This document shows, piece after piece, positions 51,677 through 61,238 of a DNA stretch of 64,000 nt (positions within the stretch are counted from its first letter, which is position 1; the number at the start of each line of letters is the position of its first letter). The notes beneath the pieces are model-generated. The model was not told the origin of the DNA and ran no database searches. It was given only the letters and a program-made list of their open reading frames with translations. Origin of the DNA: an uncultured Chloroflexia bacterium (GTDB taxonomy: Bacteria; Chloroflexota; Limnocylindria; Limnocylindrales; CSP1-4); the NCBI GenBank assembly GCA_963833225.1, contig CAWHXD010000006.1, forward strand, positions 310,846 to 374,845, in the 5' to 3' direction. Position numbers and translations under genes: made by a program.

Positions 51677-53032
51677 GTGGCGGACAACGGCGAGGCGCTG
51701 GCACGGATCGAGGCCGCAAAGGCGAGCGGCATCCGCTTCGTGCAGCTCCAGTTCACGGACATCCTGGGCGTCGTCAAGGCCGTCACCATCCCGGTCCACC
51801 GGCTCGAGGATTCCGTGCGGCACGGCACCTGGTTCGACGGGTCGTCGATCGAGGGTTTCACCCGGATCGCCGAGTCAGACCAGTACCTCGCGCCCGACAT
51901 GGACACGTTCAACGAGCTCCCGTGGCAGCCCGGCTCCGGCTCGCGTGGGACGGCGCGCGTCATCTGCGACGTGTTCACGCCACGTGGCGAGCCGTTCACC
52001 GGTGATCCGCGCTACGTCCTGCGCCGCCAGGTGGAGCGCGCGAAGCGGCTGGGATACGTCGTCCACACGGGTCCCGAGCTGGAGTTCTTCCTGTTCCGCC
52101 GCGGCGACGACGGCCGGATCATGCCCTTGCCGCACGACCAGGCGGGCTACTTCGACTACTCGACCGATCTCGCCGGCGAGGTCCGCCAGGACATGGTGGA
52201 TGCCCTCGAGGCGTTCGGGATCAGCGTGGAGGCGGCCCACCACGAGGTGGCGGCCGGCCAGCACGAGATCGACTTCGAGTACGCGGATGCGCTGCGCACC
52301 GCGGACAACGCGATCACCTTCAAGTTCGCGCTCAAGGCCATCGCCAACCGCCACGGCCTGTACGCGACGTTCATGCCCAAGCCCATCGGGGGCATCAACG
52401 GCTCGGGGATGCACACCCACCAGAGCCTGTGGTCCATCGCCGAGGCGCGCAACGCATTCGCCGATCCCAATGCGCCGTACGGCCTGTCCGAGGTTGCCAA
52501 GTCGTACATGGCCGGGATCCTTGCCCACGCCCGGGGGATGATCGCGATCCTCGCCCCGCTCGTGAACTCCTACAAGCGCCTGATCCCGGGCTACGAGGCC
52601 CCGACCTACATCACCTGGGGCCGCACCAACCGCTCAGCGCTCATCCGCGTGCCCATGATCTCGCCCGGCAAGTCCGTCGAGGGCACCCGGGCGGAAGTGC
52701 GCTGCCCCGACCCCTCCTCGAACACGTATCTCGCGTTTGCCGCGATGATCGCGGCCGGCCTGGACGGCGTTGAGCGCGGCCTGACTCTCGGCGAGCCCGT
52801 CGAGGAGAGCCTGTTCGAGATGGGCGCGGCCCGGATCGCCGAGAAGGGGATCCGCGAGCTCCCCGGCACCCTCGGCGAGGCCATCGACGAGCTCGAGGCC
52901 GATCCCGTCATCGCCGAGGCCCTCGGCGACCACGTGCTGTCCCACTACGTGTCGGCCAAGCGCGCCGAGTGGGATGCCTACCGCACCCAGGTCACCCAGT
53001 GGGAGCTCGACCGCTACCTGGAAGCCTTCTGA
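51677..53032 (+). CDS. glnA: Glutamine synthetase type I (GSI-alpha-like)
   Basis: FDGSSIEGFTRIAESD, GPELEFF, HHEVAAGQHEIDF, FMPKP..NGSGMH, PGYEAP, NRSALIRVP. Confidence 0.94.
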   Translation: MADNGEALARIEAAKASGIRFVQLQFTDILGVVKAVTIPVHRLEDSVRHGTWFDGSSIEGFTRIAESDQYLAPDMDTFNELPWQPGSGSRGTARVICDVFTPRGEPFTGDPRYVLRRQVERAKRLGYVVHTGPELEFFLFRRGDDGRIMPLPHDQAGYFDYSTDLAGEVRQDMVDALEAFGISVEAAHHEVAAGQHEIDFEYADALRTADNAITFKFALKAIANRHGLYATFMPKPIGGINGSGMHTHQSLWSIAEARNAFADPNAPYGLSEVAKSYMAGILAHARGMIAILAPLVNSYKRLIPGYEAPTYITWGRTNRSALIRVPMISPGKSVEGTRAEVRCPDPSSNTYLAFAAMIAAGLDGVERGLTLGEPVEESLFEMGAARIAEKGIRELPGTLGEAIDELEADPVIAEALGDHVLSHYVSAKRAEWDAYRTQVTQWELDRYLEAF

Positions 53033-53079
53033 TCCGACCCCGATCCAGTCACCGCCCCAGCAGCCCGGCAGGAGTGCAC

Positions 53080-55224
53080 ATGACCGCCCGAACCAACGCC
53101 ATCGACACGATCGCCAACCACAAAGTCGCCTCGGTTGAGAAGTACCAGGAGGACGGCGGCGCCGACATCTACGGCGCCTACGTGTTCCACGAGGGTGTCC
53201 AGCGCCAGTATCTCGCCAAGCCGATCTTCGAGCGGCTGCGCCGGACCATCGACGGTCAGGAGCCGTTCGATCCGGAGATCGCCGATGCCGTGGCGCACGC
53301 GGTCAAGGAGTGGGCGATGGCGAAGGGCGCCACGCACTACACCCACTGGTTCGTGCCCATGACCGGCTCCACCGCCGAGAAGCACGATTCGTTCCTGTCT
53401 CCGACCGGCGAGGGACGGACCATCGCGGAGTTCAGCGGCCGCAACCTGATCCAGGGCGAGCCCGACGCCTCGTCCTTCCCGTCGGGCGGCATCCGCGCCA
53501 CGTTCGAGGCCCGCGGCTACACCGCCTGGGACCTGACCTCGCCGATCTTCCTCCAGGTGGAGCCAAACGGCATCACCCTCACCATCCCGACCGCGTACGT
53601 CTCGTTCACGGGCGAGGCGCTGGACCACAAGATCCCGCTCCTGCGCTCGCAGGAGGCGCTCGGCCGGGAGGCCCTCCGGATCCTGCGCTGGTTCGGCAAC
53701 TCGGTGGCCTCGCGGGTGTTCACCACCATCGGTCCCGAGCAGGAGTACTTCCTCGTCGACCGGCGGCTCGCCGAGCACCGGCCCGACCTCATCCTCACCG
53801 GCCGCACCCTGTTCGGCGCCCCGCCGCCCAAGGGCCAGGAGCTGGAGGACCAGTACTTCGGCTCGATCCGGGAGCGGATCCTCGCGTTCATGATGGATCT
53901 CGACCGCGAGCTGTGGCGCCTGGGCATCCCCGCCAAGACCCGGCACAACGAGGTCGCACCCGCCCAGTTCGAGATGGCGCCCGTGTTCGAGCCCACCTCG
54001 GTCGGCTCCGACCACAACATGATCGTGATGCAGACGATGCGCCGGCTCGCCCCGCAGCATGGGCTCGCGTTCCTCGTCCACGAGAAGCCGTTTGCCGGCA
54101 TCAACGGGTCGGGCAAGCACAACAACTGGTCGATGGCCACCGACGTCGGGGAGAACCTCCTCGACCCCGGCACCGATCCTCACGCCAACGCCCAGTTCCT
54201 CGCCTTCCTGATCGCGGTCATCCGCGCCGTCAACACGCATGCCGACATCCTGCGGGCCGCCATCGCCGACGCCGGCCAGGACCACCGCCTGGGAGCCAAC
54301 GAGGCACCGCCCGCCATCATGTCGATCTTCCTCGGCTCGCAGCTCGAGGATGTCATCGCGCAGCTCGAGGTTGGCGCCGCGTCGAAGTCCAAGCAGGGCG
54401 GTACCGTCGCCCTGGGCGTGACGTCCCTGCCGGAGCTGCCCAAGGACGCCACTGACCGCAACCGGACCTCGCCGTTCGCGTTCACCGGCAACAAGTTCGA
54501 GTTCCGCGCCGTGGGCTCATCCGCGCCCATCTACTGGCCGCAGACCGTCCTCAACACCGCCGTCGCCGACTCGCTCCGGCAGCTCGCCGACGAGCTGGAC
54601 AAGCTCGAGACCGGCGACTTCGCGGGCCTGACCCGGGTCCTCTCGGAGATCGTCCGCGGGCACAAGCAGGTCCTGTTCGAGGGCAACGGCTATTCCGAGG
54701 CGTGGCACGCAGAGGCCGCCCGCCGGGGCCTGCCCAACAACCGGACCACCGTGGATGCCCTGCCGGCGCTCACGACCGACAAGGCCATCGCCCTGTTCTC
54801 CGCGTTTGGCGTCCTGTCCGAGCGCGAGCTCCGTGCTCGCGCCGACATCAACTGGGAGCGCTACGTCAAGGTCCAGAACATCGAGGCGCTGTGCTCGCTG
54901 GACATCGCCCGGACCATGATCCTGCCCGCCGCGGTGGCGTACCTCGGGCGCCTCGGGGCTGCCGGGTCATCCAAGGGCGTGACGCATGTGCGGACCGCTG
55001 TCGAGGGGTTCACCGATACGCTCGTCGAGCGCATCCACGCCCTGGAGCACGCGGTCCACGAGGCCCACGAGGCCGGTTCCGTCGAGGCGGAGGCCAGGGT
55101 GTTCGTGGACACCGTGATCCCCGCGCAGAACTCGCTGCGCGAGATCGCCGACACGGTCGAGACGATGGTGGCGGACGACCTGTGGCCGCTGCCCAAGTAC
55201 CGAGAGCTGCTGTTCCAGTACTGA
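53080..55224 (+). CDS. glnN: Glutamine synthetase type III
   Basis: THYTHWF, EKHDSF, GEPDASSFPSGGIRATFEARGY, HEKPFAGINGSGKHNNWS, DRNRTSPFAFTGNKFEFR, WPLPKY. Confidence 0.96.
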   Translation: MTARTNAIDTIANHKVASVEKYQEDGGADIYGAYVFHEGVQRQYLAKPIFERLRRTIDGQEPFDPEIADAVAHAVKEWAMAKGATHYTHWFVPMTGSTAEKHDSFLSPTGEGRTIAEFSGRNLIQGEPDASSFPSGGIRATFEARGYTAWDLTSPIFLQVEPNGITLTIPTAYVSFTGEALDHKIPLLRSQEALGREALRILRWFGNSVASRVFTTIGPEQEYFLVDRRLAEHRPDLILTGRTLFGAPPPKGQELEDQYFGSIRERILAFMMDLDRELWRLGIPAKTRHNEVAPAQFEMAPVFEPTSVGSDHNMIVMQTMRRLAPQHGLAFLVHEKPFAGINGSGKHNNWSMATDVGENLLDPGTDPHANAQFLAFLIAVIRAVNTHADILRAAIADAGQDHRLGANEAPPAIMSIFLGSQLEDVIAQLEVGAASKSKQGGTVALGVTSLPELPKDATDRNRTSPFAFTGNKFEFRAVGSSAPIYWPQTVLNTAVADSLRQLADELDKLETGDFAGLTRVLSEIVRGHKQVLFEGNGYSEAWHAEAARRGLPNNRTTVDALPALTTDKAIALFSAFGVLSERELRARADINWERYVKVQNIEALCSLDIARTMILPAAVAYLGRLGAAGSSKGVTHVRTAVEGFTDTLVERIHALEHAVHEAHEAGSVEAEARVFVDTVIPAQNSLREIADTVETMVADDLWPLPKYRELLFQY

Positions 55225-55313
55225 GGTCTTCAGGGGCGGGTTGCGCCGGCCCGGGTTCCGGCACCGCACCCCTCGCTCCGGCGCCGCACCCCCGGCTCCC
55301 AATGCCCCCGCGA

Positions 55314-55503
55314 ATCATCATTGCTGATCAACAGCGGGCATCTCCGCCCGTCACTCGCTCATCCTGACCTGCTGAGCAGGGATATGCGCCGAAACATCAC
55401 CATTGGTGATCATCTAGGCGATATCGGCCTCGGGCTGACGTGTGGGCGCCCAGAACAGGCCTCCAGGCGCAACAAGAGCCGTCGATGATCAGCATTGCTG
55501 ATC
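55314..55503. repeat. Three related 15-bp palindromes ATCAsCA-T-TGsTGAT
   Basis: ATCATCATTGCTGAT 55314-55328, ATCACCATTGGTGAT 55396-55410, ATCAGCATTGCTGAT 55488-55502. Confidence 0.75.
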
Positions 55504-55507
55504 GGAT

Positions 55508-55611
55508 GGGCGCCTGATCATCGGCCGGGCGCCAGTTGACGGGCAGGGGCGCTTGATGATCGGCCGGGCGCCGGTTGACGGGCAGGGGCGCCTGATGACC
55601 AGGCGGGTGCC
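55508..55611. repeat. 39-bp tandem repeat, about 2.6 copies
   Basis: GGGCGCYTGATSATCGGCCGGGCGCCRGTTGACGGGCAG repeated. Confidence 0.8.
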
Positions 55612-55701
55612 CCAGGACGCGTCGCGCGCTCGGCCACCGCCTGGCCCGGCAGCGAGCCGCCGCCAAGCCGGGCGTAAGCGGGCCTCGCCACACTCGCCGA
55701 C

Positions 55702-56472
55702 ATGAAGCCGCGCCGCTCCACCACGTCCATGCGTGTCGGGGTGGCACGCGCCCAGAAGGTCGCGAAGCGCCTCGGCGTCAGCCTGAGGGACGCGCGCCAG
55801 GCTGCGGATCTCACCCAGCGGCAGCTCGCGGATCGGGCAGGGGTCTCGCAGCCGGAGATCGTGAGGCTGGAGGCGGGTGATGGCTGGGACACGGGCATCG
55901 ATACCTGGGCTGCCTGCGCCGCCGGCACCGGCACGCAGATCGCCGCGTTCCTGGAACGCATGCCCGGCGCCGACCTTCCCCGCGACATCGAGCACCTGCG
56001 CCGCCAGAACCTCGTCATCCGTGAGTCGGCGCCCGGCGGCTGGCACCCGCTCCCCGAGGCCCTCCTGCCTGACGGCACGGCGCATCCGAGGTCGATCGAC
56101 GTCCATCTCACCCGCGAGGCCCGTCGCGAGGTCGCCGTCGTCGAGATCTGGGATCTCATCCTCGACGGCGGGGCGGCGATGCGCGGCCTCGAGGGCAAGG
56201 TGCAGACCCTGCGCGAGCGACTCGGCCCGGCGTGGAACGTCCAGGGCCTGCTTCTCGTCCGCGGTACCCGAAGGAACCGCGACCTGGTCCGGGACCTTGC
56301 GCCCCTCTTCGCCGCGCGCTACCCGGCCTCGTCCGAGGCATGGCTGAGCGCGTTCCGAGACCCTGAGACGCCGCTGCCAAGCGCTGGCGGCCTCGCATGG
56401 ACGGACGTCAAGGGCGACACTCTGATCCCGTCACGTTTGCGGACCGGGGAACGGGGCGTTGCCGCACCATGA
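55702..56472 (+). CDS. XRE-family HTH fused to a restriction-endonuclease-like (PD-(D/E)XK fold) domain
   Basis: LRDARQAADLTQRQLADRAGVSQPEIVRLEAG; C-terminal PE..RSIDV..VVEIWD..K. Confidence 0.7.
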   Translation: MKPRRSTTSMRVGVARAQKVAKRLGVSLRDARQAADLTQRQLADRAGVSQPEIVRLEAGDGWDTGIDTWAACAAGTGTQIAAFLERMPGADLPRDIEHLRRQNLVIRESAPGGWHPLPEALLPDGTAHPRSIDVHLTREARREVAVVEIWDLILDGGAAMRGLEGKVQTLRERLGPAWNVQGLLLVRGTRRNRDLVRDLAPLFAARYPASSEAWLSAFRDPETPLPSAGGLAWTDVKGDTLIPSRLRTGERGVAAP

Positions 56473-56563
56473 CGACCCCGCTCCGCCCCCGGCCGGGGAC
56501 ATGCCGCCCCCGACCCGGGGACTCACCGCCCCGGCCCGGCGCCCCCCCGCCCCGGCCCGGAGC

Positions 56564-57739
56564 TCACCGCCCCGGCGCCGGCGCCTCCGTCCCGCGTCCA
56601 CGCCCGCCGCCCGCGAGCGCCCGCGCTTCCAGCGACCGAGCAAGCTCGGCCGCGGACATCAGGCCCACGACCTCGCCGGCGTTGATCACCAGCAGGTACG
56701 GCGGACCGCCCGCCGACCCAAGACCCGTGCCCTGAAGCGCGGCCAGCAGGTCATCGTCGGGCGCCACCACCGGCACCGTCTGGTGCGGCACCGCGATGTC
56801 GCGAACGCGGGCATCGGTACGCGCCCGTCCTCGAAGCCGCGCGACCTCGGATAGGCCGGCGATCCCGAACGGCACGCCGCCAGCCTCGACCACCAGCGCG
56901 GCCGTCTGCCGCTGGGCGATCAGGACGCCCTCAGCAAACACGTCGACCGTGATCCCCGCCGGGGCCCGGATCGGTTCCGGAGCCATCACATCGCGGACGC
57001 GAACGCCCGCCAGGGCATCCTGCACTACCGCCTGCTCGCGCTCAGCCGCCGCGGCGCCCGTGAGGAACAGCCCGATCACGATCGTCCACAGGCCGCCGAG
57101 GTTGGCGCCGATCACCAGCTCAAGGACGCCGAACCCGATCAGCCCGAAGCCGAGGATCCGTCCCAGCCGTGTCGCCAGGAGCGAGGCTCGCAGCCGGTCG
57201 CGGCCGAAGTGCCAGGCGATGGCCTTGGCGATGCGCCCGCCGTCGAGCGGAGCCCCCGGCAGCAGGTTGAAGATCGCCAGGATGATGTTCACGCGCGCCA
57301 GCCACGCCGCGGACTCGGCCAGGAGCGCGGGCAGCCCCAGCGAGCCGACCGCAAGCGCAACACCCCACCACGCCACCCCGAGCAGCCCGCTCGTGATCGG
57401 ACCCGAGGCCGCGATCCGCAACTCATGACGGGGGGTGGGCGCTTCGCCCGAGAGCTTCGCGACGCCGCCGAGAAGCCACAGGGTGATTCCCTCCACCTCG
57501 ATCCCCGCCCGCCGCGCGAAGAAGGCGTGGGCGAGCTCGTGCGCCAGGAGCGACGAGAAGAACAGGACCGCGACCGCGATGCCCGCTGCCCAGTAGGCGA
57601 GTGACGTCGCGCCGGGCGCGGCCGAGGGAAGGAGCTGGGTCGCCAGGCCCCAGGCCAGGAGCCAGGCGATGAGCAGGACGCTCCAGTGCATCCCCACGCG
57701 GATTCCGCGCAGGGATCCGAAACGCAGGCTGTCGTTCAT
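56564..57739 (-). CDS. Site-2 protease (M50) with CBS pair
   Basis: HELAH, ASGP, NLLPGAPLDGG, VRDVM. Confidence 0.92.
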   Translation of the reverse strand: MNDSLRFGSLRGIRVGMHWSVLLIAWLLAWGLATQLLPSAAPGATSLAYWAAGIAVAVLFFSSLLAHELAHAFFARRAGIEVEGITLWLLGGVAKLSGEAPTPRHELRIAASGPITSGLLGVAWWGVALAVGSLGLPALLAESAAWLARVNIILAIFNLLPGAPLDGGRIAKAIAWHFGRDRLRASLLATRLGRILGFGLIGFGVLELVIGANLGGLWTIVIGLFLTGAAAAEREQAVVQDALAGVRVRDVMAPEPIRAPAGITVDVFAEGVLIAQRQTAALVVEAGGVPFGIAGLSEVARLRGRARTDARVRDIAVPHQTVPVVAPDDDLLAALQGTGLGSAGGPPYLLVINAGEVVGLMSAAELARSLEARALAGGGRGRGTEAPAPGR

Positions 57740-57845
57740 TCCGATTCGGACGCCTCCATGGATACGGAAGAAGCGAGCTCGGCGCGCCTTGAGGCGACCA
57801 CCGAGGCGACGATTGAGATCGCGAGGATGCCCACGATCACACCGC
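57736..57845 (-). pseudogene. Remnant 3' end of a second terC-like gene
   Basis: Translates GVIVGILAISIVASVVASRR, paralleling GVIVAILAVSIGASLWATRR of the intact TerC; stop overlaps the M50 ATG. Confidence 0.5.
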
Positions 57846-57875
57846 GATTAGCGGGGTCATCGGTTTGGCGTGGCA

Positions 57876-58088
57876 TCAGTCGCCGAAGCCATGGGTTGCC
57901 TGGGCGGGGACCCCAGGCTGCGGGCCTATCCAGGCGCCACCCTCGGCATCGACCAGCTTCTCCAGCTCGCCGCGGTCGAGGTAGATCCCGCGGCACTCGC
58001 GGCACTGGTCGAGGGTGATGCCGCTCCGCTCGTAGGTCACCATCTCGGCGGCGCACTTGGGGCAACGGAGAGCAACGGTGGAGGTCAA
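57876..58088 (-). CDS. zf-TFIIB zinc-ribbon domain protein
   Basis: CPKC..ITLDQCRECRGIYLDRGELEKL; AAGGAG Shine-Dalgarno. Confidence 0.88.
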   Translation of the reverse strand: MTSTVALRCPKCAAEMVTYERSGITLDQCRECRGIYLDRGELEKLVDAEGGAWIGPQPGVPAQATHGFGD

Positions 58089-58149
58089 CGCTCGGCTCCT
58101 TCTTGCAGTCGATCGGTGATGGCATCGCTCAGGCTCATCGGTCTCCGGC

Positions 58150-59124
58150 TCATGCGGCGTTCTCCGCGCTCTCGCCTGGGGGCGTGGTGGAGGCCTGTGC
58201 GTCGCCGCCGGTGGAGCGCCGGGTCGCCCACAGCGAGGCTCCGATCGACACCGCCAGGATCGCGACGATCACGCCCAGCGAGAGCGCGACCGGCATCTCG
58301 TAGACGTCGGCGACCAGGATCTTGACGCCCGCGAACACCAGCAGCGCCGCCAGGCCCTGCTTGAGGTAGACGAACCGGCCGATCATTCCGGCGAGCAGGA
58401 AGTACAGCGCCCGCAGCCCGAGGATCGCGAACAGGTTCGACGAGAGGACGATGAACGGGTCGGTTGTGATCGCGAAGATCGCCGGGATGGAGTCGATTGC
58501 GAACATGATGTCGGTCGTCTCGACCACCACGAGCACGGCAAACAGCGGGGTCGCCATCAGCGCGCCCTTGTGGCGGACGAAGAAGCTCTGGCCGTGATAG
58601 TCGGGCGTGATCGGGATCACGCGCCGCACCAGGCGCAGGACGACGTTCTGCTCCGGGTGCACCGAGTGCCCCGACGAGCGCCACATCTTGATGCCGGTGA
58701 GCAGCAGCAGGATGCCGAACCCGTAGATCAGGAAGTGGAACGCCTCGATCAACGAGGCGCCGGCGACGATGAAGATCGCGCGGAACACGATCGCGCCCGC
58801 CACGCCCCAGAACAGCACGCGGTGCTGGTAGATCGAGGGCACCGCGAAATACGTGAACAGCATGGCGAACGAAAAGAGGTTGTCCATCGAGAGCGACTTC
58901 TCGATCACGTAGCCGGCGAGGTACTCGCCGCCTGCCTGGGACCCGCGGGTCACCCAGACGAACACACCGAAGGCCAAGCCGAGGGTGATCCAGGCCACGC
59001 TCCATGCCGCAGCCTCGCGCAACGCGACCTCATGCACTTTGCGGTGGAACACGAACAGGTCGAGCGCGAGCATGCCGAGCACGACAACGCCCAGCACGAC
59101 CAGCGGAATGAGATCAGGTGACAA
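58150..59124 (-). CDS. TerC/Alx family metal-homeostasis membrane protein
   Basis: EKSLSMDN, QHRVLFWG, ETTDIMFAIDSIPA, SNLFAILGLRALYF; likely TTG start at 59124. Confidence 0.93.
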   Translation of the reverse strand: MSPDLIPLVVLGVVVLGMLALDLFVFHRKVHEVALREAAAWSVAWITLGLAFGVFVWVTRGSQAGGEYLAGYVIEKSLSMDNLFSFAMLFTYFAVPSIYQHRVLFWGVAGAIVFRAIFIVAGASLIEAFHFLIYGFGILLLLTGIKMWRSSGHSVHPEQNVVLRLVRRVIPITPDYHGQSFFVRHKGALMATPLFAVLVVVETTDIMFAIDSIPAIFAITTDPFIVLSSNLFAILGLRALYFLLAGMIGRFVYLKQGLAALLVFAGVKILVADVYEMPVALSLGVIVAILAVSIGASLWATRRSTGGDAQASTTPPGESAENAA

Positions 59125-59151
59125 CGGGCGAGGACCTCCAGGCTGCAACAG

Positions 59152-59258
59152 CCCGATGGTCTTCCCCAGTCGGCGCTCTTGGCCGACTGGCGACGGCGGA
59201 CCCACGACGAGTGGATCGTATTGACGCCGACGCGCTTGGCGGGGTACTCCCCTTCGGA
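59152..59258 (-). ncRNA. yybP-ykoY manganese riboswitch
   Basis: Minus strand AAGGGGAGTA...CGTCAATAC...GGGAAGACC, with P1 CCGAAGG/CCATCGG, directly upstream of a terC/alx gene. Confidence 0.85.
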
Positions 59259-59375
59259 TGCCCTATACCCTAGCGAACAAGTCGGAATTCTGTCAACGCG
59301 ACGCCTCGAGGGGGTCATTCGAACGGCGGGCGATCCTGCGCTATCATGCCCGGGCCCCCAGCGGGCACTTTCGGT

Positions 59376-59452
<77 letters not shown>

Positions 59453-59463
59453 TTTCGACCTCA

Positions 59464-60942
59464 TCAGGTCCAAAGGCCTCTGCGAGGCCGTGGTCGAGCG
59501 CCTCCTGCGTCGGTTCGAGCTTCGCCACGCTGACCCCGAGCACGCGCGATGCGCTCGAACAGCGTCGTCGCCAGGGCCCGCCGATCCTCCGGGTCCGCAT
59601 CGGCCCACCACGCCGGGAGGTTCTCCAGGTAGCGGCGGATCTCGTCGGGTGGCAGCGTCGGCCGCTCCGCACCGCCCGCGGCCTCCGCCTCCGCGGCGTC
59701 GAGCTCGCGCATCGTCTGCTCGAGGACCAGGGGATCGCGATCGCGCCGGTACGTCGCGAGCGCGCGTTCGCGCTCCTCCTCGATCCGGGCCAGGCGCAGC
59801 TGGTTGGTCTCTGTCCCAGCTCCACGTGTATAGGCACCAGCGGCGGCCTCGACGTCGCGCGCGCCCAGGCGGACCCGCTCCAGCACGAACGGCACGATCG
59901 CCTCGTACTCGTCGCGCCCGTAGCTCTGGCCCGGGATCCGCACATGACGCCCGCGGACCGCGCCGCCAGCTGGTCGGGCCGCCGTGAAGGCCTCGCAGGC
60001 ATCGAGGTGGCGGTAGCGGTCCTTGTCGCCCACGAGCCGGCGGCCGCAGGCGGCGCACTCCAGCATCGGCAGGGCATAGGTCCGGCGCGTCTCGGGCCGC
60101 CCGGGCGAGCGGCGGTTGCGGGCGGCCCGCAGGTCCGCCACCCGGCGCCAGGTCTCCTCGTCCACGACCGGGTCCCAGTTCGCGGCCGTTCCGTCCCGCA
60201 GCCGGCCCCGATACAGCGGCGAGGTGAGGATGCCGCGGATCGTGTGGAGGCCGATCCCGAGGCGTCCCGCCACCTCGCGGTCGGTCAGCCCGGCGGCGGC
60301 CAGCGCGTAGGCACGGACGGCCGTCCCGATGCGCTCGGGATCGATCTCGATGACCCTGGCGTCGCCTGCCCGACGGAAGCCGAATGGTGGATGGCCGCCC
60401 GGGTCGCCGTGCGTCTCGCGCTTGGCGGCATAGCCCGCCCGGACGTTGCGGCTCTGCTCGCGCGAGTTGATCTCGGCCGCCTTGCACTTGTCGACGAAGC
60501 GCTCCCAGTCGGCAGGGTTGGAGGAGAGGATCCGGTCGTCGCAGATGTACACGACCACACCCTGGCGGTGGAACCAGCGCCGGTACGAGAGCGCGAGGGC
60601 GAGGTCGCGCATGTAGCGCGCGGTGTAGCCGACGAGGAGGACATCGAACGCGCCCGCCTCGGCCGCGGCGAGCATGGCCCGGAACTCGGGCGTCCGGGTC
60701 GCGGGCGGATCATCCATCGAGTCGGGGCCCGACCAGCCTGAGCGCCCGACCGTCCAGGCGAGCCCGGTGTCGGCGAGCCCGAGCGCGGTGATCGCGGTGT
60801 CCTGCATCCGGCGCTGCGAGGGCGGTCCCCAGCGATCGAGCTGGCCCGGTGTGCTCTCGCGGATCCAGCGTGCCGCCCGGAGGCCGCGCAACTCCGAGGC
60901 ATCGCGCGCGAGGCGCAGGTCGGCGGCGTGGAGTGCGCTCAC
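59464..60942 (-). CDS. Large serine recombinase (resolvase + recombinase + Zn ribbon + coiled coil); probable frameshift near 59547
   Basis: WIRESTPGQ catalytic Ser motif, [43 protein letters not shown]. Confidence 0.9.
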   Translation of the reverse strand: MSALHAADLRLARDASELRGLRAARWIRESTPGQLDRWGPPSQRRMQDTAITALGLADTGLAWTVGRSGWSGPDSMDDPPATRTPEFRAMLAAAEAGAFDVLLVGYTARYMRDLALALSYRRWFHRQGVVVYICDDRILSSNPADWERFVDKCKAAEINSREQSRNVRAGYAAKRETHGDPGGHPPFGFRRAGDARVIEIDPERIGTAVRAYALAAAGLTDREVAGRLGIGLHTIRGILTSPLYRGRLRDGTAANWDPVVDEETWRRVADLRAARNRRSPGRPETRRTYALPMLECAACGRRLVGDKDRYRHLDACEAFTAARPAGGAVRGRHVRIPGQSYGRDEYEAIVPFVLERVRLGARDVEAAAGAYTRGAGTETNQLRLARIEEERERALATYRRDRDPLVLEQTMRELDAAEAEAAGGAERPTLPPDEIRRYLENLPAWWADADPEDRRALATTLFERIARARGQRGEARTDAGGARPRPRRGLWT

Positions 60943-61238
60943 CGGGCCGGGGTGCCGGTGCGGCGGCGGACGCGGGTGCGGGTGCGGGACGGGGTTCGGG
61001 GGTCTGGCATCGGTCGTACGGTCATGCGGGCAGGTCGGCGGACGCGCATCGTACCCCGTCGTGGCCCAGCCTTCGTGCGCCGCTCGGCGATGTGGCGGAG
61101 CCCCTCGGCGAGGACGAAGACGAGCCGGCAGGTTCCGGGATCGTCGCCGTGCTGCGACCCCTCGAGCGTCTGGGTCTCGAGCGCCGAGGCCGCGCCGGAC
61201 CGTGTCCGGCGCCGGGCGGTACCGTGTCGCACCGTCAC
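60939..61238 (-). CDS. Small basic protein coupled to both neighbours
   Basis: GTGA overlaps with the Replic_Relax stop (61235-61238) and with the recombinase start (60939-60942). Confidence 0.5.
   Translation of the reverse strand: MTVRHGTARRRTRSGAASALETQTLEGSQHGDDPGTCRLVFVLAEGLRHIAERRTKAGPRRGTMRVRRPARMTVRPMPDPRTPSRTRTRVRRRTGTPAR

Noticed and set aside
8998-51719. Long antisense or alternate-frame ORFs (e.g. 8998-11229, 42843-45551 extension, 47165-49429, 49992-51719)
   Set aside because: Shadow ORFs typical of high-GC DNA; they overlap genes with clear family motifs and have low-complexity Arg/Gly/Pro composition.
55314-55611. Spaced palindromes and 39-bp repeats as a CRISPR array
   Set aside because: Repeats are too short and variable, spacing is irregular, and there are no cas genes.
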